Positions 57,235 to 64,000 of a DNA stretch of 64,000 nt are shown here, piece after piece (the stretch's first letter is position 1; the number at the start of each line of letters is the position of its first letter). The notes beneath the pieces were generated by a model, which saw only the letters and a program-made list of their open reading frames with translations, did no database searches and had not been told where the DNA came from. Both the position numbers and the translations under genes were made by a program. The stretch is from a virus. The stretch lies in the IMG/VR virus record IMGVR_UViG_3300008448_012223, one strand, 5' to 3'.

Positions 57235-58495
57235 ACAATCTATCCTCCTCTATATCTACTATTAGCTCAACATTACTAATCTGCTGTGCATTGAATTTAT
57301 TAGTATCTCCACTACTAGAACTACTCATACGGCCTGTACTGGTGCCGATGGTCTGGTAACGGGCGTGGACATTACCTGTACGCGGGTTAATCAGGGCCGC
57401 CCAGTTAGTACTAACCATCTTGGTCAGTTTCTTATACCGCAGTAGATCTGATATAACCTGAATACCCAGGTCGCGTATACCCTCTTCACTAGTAGCGCCA
57501 TCCTCGTCATCCTCGCTATCTAGTTCTCGCAGCACTGTTTCTAGTGTCTTCTGCTGCAGGTTATCTAGCTCAACGGGTAGGAGCTTCTGGATACGACTCA
57601 CTAGGGCAGTGGGGTTATTCAGTAGGGCTGTTATCTTATCAGGTACTACTAGAGTCACCTGAGGGGCCCCCGAGTTCCAATCGACTACCTGATCTACGCT
57701 GAAGTCGAAGTGAGCACTCATGCGCAGCTTATAATTATCTAGCTCTGATTGAGCTGTACTCAGAAAGCTGCGCATGACATTCATGTTAATAGGCAATCCA
57801 TCCCATTCCATGCGCGCTATCTCCATAAAGGCGGCCTGGTCTATCTCTTCTACTTGAGGCATCTCATAGGTATAGAGTAGTTCATTACGTAGTAGAGCAT
57901 AGGCCTCTAGCAGGAGGCTAGTGTAATTAGAATTACGAGGGGCCCCTACATCTAGAGCGGCGTACTGTAATTGAGCGGGTGTTAACTCACCTGACCAGTC
58001 ACTACTAGCGAGTTCCTTATTCAGAGGAGTATCCAGTATATCGCGTACTAGACTACCATAAGAATAGCCTCTAGTACGGCCCGCCTTGAATCCAGTAGCA
58101 GCGCCTATCTGTTGAAATAGCACCATAGCGCAGTATAGATTATTAGGCCATACGCCCCACGTAGCTTGCGTTACTAGGGCTTCGAAGCGTGCGTTGAAGC
58201 AGACCTTCCTGACACTACTATCAAGCCATATGTCCCGTATCTCAGTGGGCCAGTCTAGGGCGCGGAGATCAACCACATACGGTATTGCATTACCAGGCCA
58301 GTTAATTTGTAGCAGGCGGGCTACTAACGTATGGGGATCTAGTGCACTAGCCTGGGGCCCCCACGTTTCTACATCTGCATAGGTTTCATAATCCATAGCG
58401 AGTAGGGGGCGGCCCCCTAGTTCTAATAGTAGTGCATCTAGCTCCTCTCGAGTAGTGATATACTCTAGGTCAATTAGATCAGTATTAACTCTCAT
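57221..58495 (-). CDS. polA: DNA polymerase A, N-terminal gene (3'-5' exonuclease + thumb)
   Basis: MDYET, FNARFE, YAALDV exo motifs; VHARYQTIGTSTGRMSS...NAQQI. Confidence 0.85.
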   Translation of the reverse strand: MRVNTDLIDLEYITTREELDALLLELGGRPLLAMDYETYADVETWGPQASALDPHTLVARLLQINWPGNAIPYVVDLRALDWPTEIRDIWLDSSVRKVCFNARFEALVTQATWGVWPNNLYCAMVLFQQIGAATGFKAGRTRGYSYGSLVRDILDTPLNKELASSDWSGELTPAQLQYAALDVGAPRNSNYTSLLLEAYALLRNELLYTYEMPQVEEIDQAAFMEIARMEWDGLPINMNVMRSFLSTAQSELDNYKLRMSAHFDFSVDQVVDWNSGAPQVTLVVPDKITALLNNPTALVSRIQKLLPVELDNLQQKTLETVLRELDSEDDEDGATSEEGIRDLGIQVISDLLRYKKLTKMVSTNWAALINPRTGNVHARYQTIGTSTGRMSSSSSGDTNKFNAQQISNVELIVDIEEDRLFEDN

Positions 58496-59139
58496 ACACC
58501 ACTCGAGCCGAAGCCGCGGGGGCCCCGCGCAGTAGCACCTAAGTCAAATTCATCTCGTACGAGATAATTAGATAAGTCTCCCATATCGGCTACCAGTTCG
58601 AATGTGAATTGGGCAATACGGGCCCCATCACCGAATAGGTGAACATTGCAACTTCTATTCTCTAGTAGCGCTATGATCTCCCCTGCGTATGTCTCCATAT
58701 CATCGAGGCCGGGCGTATTAACTACACTAATACCGCACTTAGCTAATCCTGAGCGGGGCTGGATACGACCAATACGCACTAGGCGACCTATACCCACCTC
58801 CACTAACTTATCCTGAGTTTCTTCAGGCAAACCAGGCGAGGTCACATAGAAGCCTGTATGGACAGGGACAGATTGACCTGGCAGCAGGACATAGAAGCCC
58901 TTCTCATCGAGTAGGCATGTCTCTAGTGTATCTTTTATATGGTCATGCTCTACGAGACTCCCATTAACGAATAGATCACACTCAGACTCTAACAACGCTC
59001 TCTGTAGTGATAGATTCTTCAGGAGACACTCAGTTACGAACTTATGCTCTTCTGTGAGGCGGGCCTTAAGATCATACCCACCATCCCGACTATTATTCTT
59101 AGTAGGGAGATAACGGTCTGCGGTAACGAATGTTTTCAT
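58492..59139 (-). CDS. dut: dUTPase (trimeric type)
   Basis: GYDL, QPRSGLA, PGLDD..YAGEI, RIAQ, RGPRGFGSSG. Confidence 0.85.
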   Translation of the reverse strand: MKTFVTADRYLPTKNNSRDGGYDLKARLTEEHKFVTECLLKNLSLQRALLESECDLFVNGSLVEHDHIKDTLETCLLDEKGFYVLLPGQSVPVHTGFYVTSPGLPEETQDKLVEVGIGRLVRIGRIQPRSGLAKCGISVVNTPGLDDMETYAGEIIALLENRSCNVHLFGDGARIAQFTFELVADMGDLSNYLVRDEFDLGATARGPRGFGSSGV

Positions 59140-59193
59140 AAGAAAAAGACCTGTCTAGACAGGTCAAGTAATAAGTAAGAATAAGGATTATAT

Positions 59194-59403
59194 CTAGGCT
59201 GAACTATCTCGGTGTTTACCCATACCAAAGGCTCCCATGGAGCCTGCGGCGAGATCACGAAATATGTTCATTGCCATTTCGATACTCTGTGTCTGCTCTG
59301 GACTAATAGGACGATAAGTACTAAAAACAGCAAGAAATAAAGCGCATGAAGCACAAATTAATGCTAGGTAGAATGCAAGAGTAGTATCAGAAATGCGAGG
59401 CAT
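59194..59403 (-). CDS. Small membrane protein (holin-like?)
   Basis: 69 aa, N-terminal TM and a second hydrophobic helix. Confidence 0.4.
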   Translation of the reverse strand: MPRISDTTLAFYLALICASCALFLAVFSTYRPISPEQTQSIEMAMNIFRDLAAGSMGAFGMGKHRDSSA

Positions 59404-59405
59404 AG

Positions 59406-60077
59406 TTAATAACGCGATAGGACGTGTTGGATAATGGCATGACGTTGAATATCCTCTGGTTCGAAGCGTATTATACCTACGTCATCAAGGCCCACAAATC
59501 TACGTAGCGCATCAGCTAGACCATTAGGTGCGCTAAGCTCTCCTAGATCGGCCTGTCCCAAATCGCCTATTACTACTACCTTACTGTTCTCAGCAACACG
59601 AGTTAATACTGCCTTGAGTCCATTGATAGATATGTTCTGGGCCTCATCTACTATGATTAGCGAGTTCCGAAAGGAGCGCCCCCTAATGAGACTAACTACT
59701 GTAGGAATAATATGCTCATTCTCGATAACGGCCTTAGCATCTCCCTCACTCATGAAGGTTATTAGATTATCCAGCACAGGCGCCGCGAGGGGCCATATCT
59801 TCTCTAGTAGAGAGCCCTTGAGATAACCGACATCACGCTCATCCTTAACACCAACATTAGGACGTACGTATATAATTCTCTCTAGTCCATTCTCAGGCGC
59901 ATTAATCATAGTAATAGCAGTATGAAGTGCAAGTAGCGTCTTACCGCATCCTGGCACCCCATCGGCTATGGTTATTGTATTGCGCTTGATGTTCTTAACA
60001 AATGCGCGCTGGTTTTCTGTAGCTGGGCGAATGAGAGTATGCGTACGGAAGATGGGGCCTGCGTTGTTTCTTCGCAT
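59406..60077 (-). CDS. phoH: PhoH-family ATPase
   Basis: GVPGCGKTLLA, RDVGYLKG, IRGRSFRNSLIIVDEAQN, GDLGQAD. Confidence 0.9.
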   Translation of the reverse strand: MRRNNAGPIFRTHTLIRPATENQRAFVKNIKRNTITIADGVPGCGKTLLALHTAITMINAPENGLERIIYVRPNVGVKDERDVGYLKGSLLEKIWPLAAPVLDNLITFMSEGDAKAVIENEHIIPTVVSLIRGRSFRNSLIIVDEAQNISINGLKAVLTRVAENSKVVVIGDLGQADLGELSAPNGLADALRRFVGLDDVGIIRFEPEDIQRHAIIQHVLSRY

Positions 60078-60134
60078 GATAATGGTTTCAAGACAACTAC
60101 TATCAAGTCATGTGACAGGCCCCGAAGTGTAGGA

Positions 60135-60950
60135 TCAACAACTCACGCCTACGCTTTGGAATTCACGCGCTACAGGTTCTGCAACGAACACGCGATTGTG
60201 AATCATTTGCATCAGGTAGTGCTGTAGGTTATCCTCTGTGTAGGGTAGGCGTACCAGGATTTCATTGCCCAGTGAGTTAGTTAGAGTATGGACTAAGTGA
60301 ATCTTATCCACTTCACGGTAGCCTTCTTCGACATAACTGAGGAAGCGATATTCTGACACCTTCACTATACCGTAGTCAACCGACAGTACGTGCTGAGGCT
60401 GTACTTCCACGTCGGACATAACACCCTGATCTGGGCACAGCGAAATAATCCAGTCTAGACTGCCTAGACGCAGAGGTTCGTCATTCTGTGTAACCACAGT
60501 ACCAGGCGTCACTACATTATGCCACTGGCCATTGTTATTCCAGGACGCGCGCTTATAAAGCACGATGTTACCGTCGTAGGTAAGAGCTACCTCCTTACTA
60601 GCCACTAGATGTTGTAGATCTGCGGTAATATTCTGGTCGACTGATTGCAACTTAGTCAGAAAATTAAGGATAGGGGTATAGTCGTACCCCTGGTCAATGA
60701 GCTGACTAAGGCGTTGACTCATACTTCCTGTTAGACGCATATTCTTGAAGTAATACGCGTTATCTAGCCACACAACATTATAGTCAGTAGCGCTTTGTAG
60801 TGGGTGGCTATCAAATTCAAAGGCAGTATTGCGCGCTAGTGCATCAGATAACTGATCAAACAGTGTTGGATAGGTAGGTTTGTCGATAGTAATAACGCTA
60901 TCCCCATCGAAAAAGGATAGACTATCACTCAACTGGACATAATTAAACAT
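60135..60950 (-). CDS. rIIB-like protein
   Basis: NFLTKLQ...ALTYDGNIVLYK; follows the rIIA-like gene. Confidence 0.6.
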   Translation of the reverse strand: MFNYVQLSDSLSFFDGDSVITIDKPTYPTLFDQLSDALARNTAFEFDSHPLQSATDYNVVWLDNAYYFKNMRLTGSMSQRLSQLIDQGYDYTPILNFLTKLQSVDQNITADLQHLVASKEVALTYDGNIVLYKRASWNNNGQWHNVVTPGTVVTQNDEPLRLGSLDWIISLCPDQGVMSDVEVQPQHVLSVDYGIVKVSEYRFLSYVEEGYREVDKIHLVHTLTNSLGNEILVRLPYTEDNLQHYLMQMIHNRVFVAEPVAREFQSVGVSC

Positions 60951-60978
60951 TAGGAATCTCCATTTAGTTTATATTGAG

Positions 60979-63381
60979 TTAAGCAACAACTTGGTCCAAC
61001 GGACTAGGCCCTCCCAAGCTATTGCCCTGTACCTTGTAGTAAGCACTAATTAAGGGCATTATAGTATCTACTACTTGGCTTTTAGAGTACTCTAGGAATG
61101 CACAGGCATCGTAATAACCACCTAGTAGACATTTAAGCCATACTATACAACTATTACTGCCAGCAAATTCATAAAGTCTCTTTACTGCATCACTATCTGC
61201 AGCTATGAAGCCATTGTCTATTAATTGCTGCATAAACATCCAGTAGCCATCATCTATTAGGGCCTGGACATTCTTATTGAAGTGTTCAGGATAGGGATAA
61301 GTTCTTATAAATGTCTGGATATCAGATAGTGGCCAGTTAGTAGTACGCGCTAGGTATAGGTTATCAGCCCCATATTTTACAGCTAGTTCATTACGTTTAT
61401 CCTCAGCCCACGTGTCTATATCGCGCCACTCGGGATAATGGACAGCAATAATCTCAGCCTGTTTAGGTGTTAGATAATATAGATCACTACCATCATCAGC
61501 ATAATTCCAGTAAGGATATACACCACAATGTCGACGACTAACACAATACACTGCCTTAGTCGGTAGATCACGATAGTCGACTACAGACAAGTGATTGTGT
61601 ATATCCCCAGCATAATAGGAGGTATACGTTTTATTAACTATGCGAATACCGCGCAGGCCGCTTAGTCGTAAAGAATCGGCCCCCTGTTTCTCTTGCTCCT
61701 GCTCCTGCTCCTGCTTTCTCAGCTTTAAAGATTTAATAGGTTTAATTAGGCCTGTTACACTCTGAAAGAAGCGTATATAGGGCCACGTGGTATGGGCCCG
61801 CTCTTCTAAGTCTGTATTAGATAATATATCAGCCCAATCCTCACACTCAGTTACGTCTATCCATAAGATAGGCGTATAATTTGGTATACCACTAGCAGCG
61901 CGAATACTTCTAGCATTATAGTGCCCGCGAGTTACAACTAGTGCTACCTTCTGTATGTCTTCCAGAGTAATGCTACGCGCATAACTTTCTACAACATCAG
62001 CTGTTTTACAGACAACACAAGTATTAGCATTTAGGCTACTTGGCGCTCGCGAATTATAACGGTTTATATTACGCAGCACACGATAGATATTATACCATTT
62101 CTCTGCGTTCATGTCATCAGAACAACCTATCAACCGCAGATTTCTATTACTCTTTACTATAAGGTTAGTAGGTAATATAGTATTATCAGCTGGCCCTGCT
62201 GGTTCATCCATAACGTTAATTATAACATTACAGTAGCGTGTACCCCTCCATGTAAAGTACTTATCACCCAGATTCCACTTGTTTATGACACCAGTTGCTT
62301 CGGTTAACGAATCGCACGCCTCTACTTCTGCCTGTCTTCTGTCAACTAGACTTTTGATAGCATTAAGAGATAACTCCTTCAGCTTCTTAATATTAGACTC
62401 TGACCACGCGAGGGTCTCGCGTTGTGGGGGCAGCTCTAGATAACCTATGGGTACTGGAATGACGATAGAATCAACAACATTGTATGCCCCCTCCCAATGA
62501 GGATCTATATTGTAGAGATTTCTTATGGAGTACCCCTGTTCTTTTAGATAGGCAGTAATAGTATCAAATACCTTACTATCTGAAATAGTGTAAGGTATAC
62601 CGCCGATAGTAAAGCACAGCAGTGTGTATCTACGATTATAAAAGGCCTTACTAATAAAGGGGCCGGGCGCACCATATTCGTAGTCATAATCATTACGATA
62701 ATCCAATAGGCGACGCGTAGTCTCACCTCCTGTATCCTCAGGATTATAAATATTAGTAACGGCGCGGGACCACATTACTATACTCATAACCTCATTATAA
62801 CACTGACGACGGTTGTGTTGTTCTACGATAGGAATGGCCACACGCGTGCCACTGCTGTCATTGGAGGGTCGACTATTTAATAGAGCAGCAGTAGGCATGC
62901 CATTATTGAGAGAACAGGCATAGATATACTCTATACCATTATGGATAGTCGTGACTGTAAATTGACTAGCGATAGCATAGGGGCTCTTACTACCCAGGCC
63001 GTATCCGCCGCACTGAATATTATCACCTCGCTTAGTGCTAGTCATAAATGTAAAGAAACCAGGCGCACGTTCAGGACTAATACCGATGCCGTAATCACGA
63101 ATGATGAGCTGGTTAGACTGCACCTCTAGGGGAATTATAGCTGGTAGTGTAATGTCAACGGGGTGGTTAGGGCGTCCTGCCTCGACATTAGCATCGACAG
63201 CATTAGTGAATATCTCACGTATGACGGCCGTTAGCTTATTAGTATACATGCGGGAGGTCAATACTTCCATTAGGAGGCGCACACCTACCTCATCGGTAGG
63301 GAGCTGATAATTAACTAGACTCACATTAGTATTAACAGTGTCTAGATCCTTACATAATTCCATACAATAAAACCCCTCCAA
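60979..63381 (-). CDS. rIIA-like protein (GHKL ATPase N-terminus)
   Basis: VLTSRMYTNKLTAVIREIFTNAVDA, IRDYGIGIS, STKR...GGYGLGSKSPYA. Confidence 0.8.
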   Translation of the reverse strand: MEGFYCMELCKDLDTVNTNVSLVNYQLPTDEVGVRLLMEVLTSRMYTNKLTAVIREIFTNAVDANVEAGRPNHPVDITLPAIIPLEVQSNQLIIRDYGIGISPERAPGFFTFMTSTKRGDNIQCGGYGLGSKSPYAIASQFTVTTIHNGIEYIYACSLNNGMPTAALLNSRPSNDSSGTRVAIPIVEQHNRRQCYNEVMSIVMWSRAVTNIYNPEDTGGETTRRLLDYRNDYDYEYGAPGPFISKAFYNRRYTLLCFTIGGIPYTISDSKVFDTITAYLKEQGYSIRNLYNIDPHWEGAYNVVDSIVIPVPIGYLELPPQRETLAWSESNIKKLKELSLNAIKSLVDRRQAEVEACDSLTEATGVINKWNLGDKYFTWRGTRYCNVIINVMDEPAGPADNTILPTNLIVKSNRNLRLIGCSDDMNAEKWYNIYRVLRNINRYNSRAPSSLNANTCVVCKTADVVESYARSITLEDIQKVALVVTRGHYNARSIRAASGIPNYTPILWIDVTECEDWADILSNTDLEERAHTTWPYIRFFQSVTGLIKPIKSLKLRKQEQEQEQEKQGADSLRLSGLRGIRIVNKTYTSYYAGDIHNHLSVVDYRDLPTKAVYCVSRRHCGVYPYWNYADDGSDLYYLTPKQAEIIAVHYPEWRDIDTWAEDKRNELAVKYGADNLYLARTTNWPLSDIQTFIRTYPYPEHFNKNVQALIDDGYWMFMQQLIDNGFIAADSDAVKRLYEFAGSNSCIVWLKCLLGGYYDACAFLEYSKSQVVDTIMPLISAYYKVQGNSLGGPSPLDQVVA

Positions 63382-63412
63382 CGGAGGGGCGGTGTAGTTG
63401 ATTAACTGTTGT

Positions 63413-64000
63413 TTAGATAGAATCCCAACCGTCTACTACCTTAGCGGGGTTACGATACATAACACCACTCTCAAAGAAGTTATCTCGAGTGATAGAGTCC
63501 TCACCAGTAGTAGCGGCGAATCTATCGAGGTGGGCGTAGGGATTGCGGCTATACTGGCGCCCCTCGAATACAGTAGGTAAGCCTATTGCGCGGGCCCTAA
63601 TATTACATAGATACTTAGCATATTGTTCGATAGTAGTAGCACTAATACCATTCACACCAAGTCCAATATGGAGACCCCATTCAATCTCATACTCGGCGGC
63701 CTTACGGAATAGATCCATAATCTCATCCGTATCCCACATGAGTGTACCCTCAGCTAGGCCGGTACGAATTATATTAGCGATTAATTTAAGGTGGGTCTGT
63801 TCATCACGCTCGATGAGCTTAATGATATCAGCTGTAGCGGACATATAACGCTCATTAGCTATAGCGTAGAATAAGCGGAAGCCAGGGAAGAAGTATATAC
63901 CCTCGAGTAAGAAGTCACTTACCATACTGATAGTATAATTCTCCATAGTCATCTCATGAATATACCTATCATAGAGATTCTGGATATACTCACAGCGCCT
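63413..64000 (-). CDS. nrdB: Ribonucleotide reductase class I beta subunit (5' part outside the window)
   Basis: FLLEGIYFFPGF, IERDEQTH; frame open to the window edge. Confidence 0.8.
   Translation of the reverse strand, partial: RRCEYIQNLYDRYIHEMTMENYTISMVSDFLLEGIYFFPGFRLFYAIANERYMSATADIIKLIERDEQTHLKLIANIIRTGLAEGTLMWDTDEIMDLFRKAAEYEIEWGLHIGLGVNGISATTIEQYAKYLCNIRARAIGLPTVFEGRQYSRNPYAHLDRFAATTGEDSITRDNFFESGVMYRNPAKVVDGWDSI

Noticed and set aside
57082-57240. Split intein in PolA
   Set aside because: No Cys/Ser-start N-intein after the N-extein and no HN/SN-ending C-intein. MTKIK resembles an IntC start only superficially.

Overview
Segment of a large tailed dsDNA phage genome. The host is probably a cyanobacterium (inference from a host-like HigA gene, a cyanobacterial-style IS200/IS605 remnant and sigma70-type promoters). 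1-22.2 kb is a + strand morphogenesis block: VrlC/DUF4815-like virion protein, terminase large subunit and a 2898-aa tape-measure-like protein. 22.6-64 kb is almost all - strand replication and nucleotide-metabolism genes: PD-(D/E)XK exonuclease, RuvC-like resolvase, radical SAM, DnaG primase, PIF1/RecD and SF2 helicases, clamp loader, beta-clamp-like protein, UDG, PolA, dUTPase, PhoH, rIIA/rIIB and the end of an RNR beta subunit. The standout is a 7.6-kb tandem array (32648-40297, - strand) of about 40 paralogous 43-93 aa ORFs. They have hypervariable, mosaic, aromatic-rich cores and a conserved FYYRL...YNILDEDDYFxEDD tail. They are chained by a junction in which the same DNA encodes the acidic tail and stop of one unit and the SD-like motif and start codons of the next. 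Other unannotated structure: a 198-nt tRNA-shaped RNA with a large insert in place of the anticodon arm, whose promoter and 5' part are duplicated 1.25 kb upstream; a tRNA-Tyr; a PolA that is split into two genes and also carries a 507-nt group I intron inside motif A; a HEARO/omegaRNA-like non-autonomous element; an orphan HigA; and a gene broken at an A7 slippery run. Family names come from motif recognition by eye, and all counts are hand counts.
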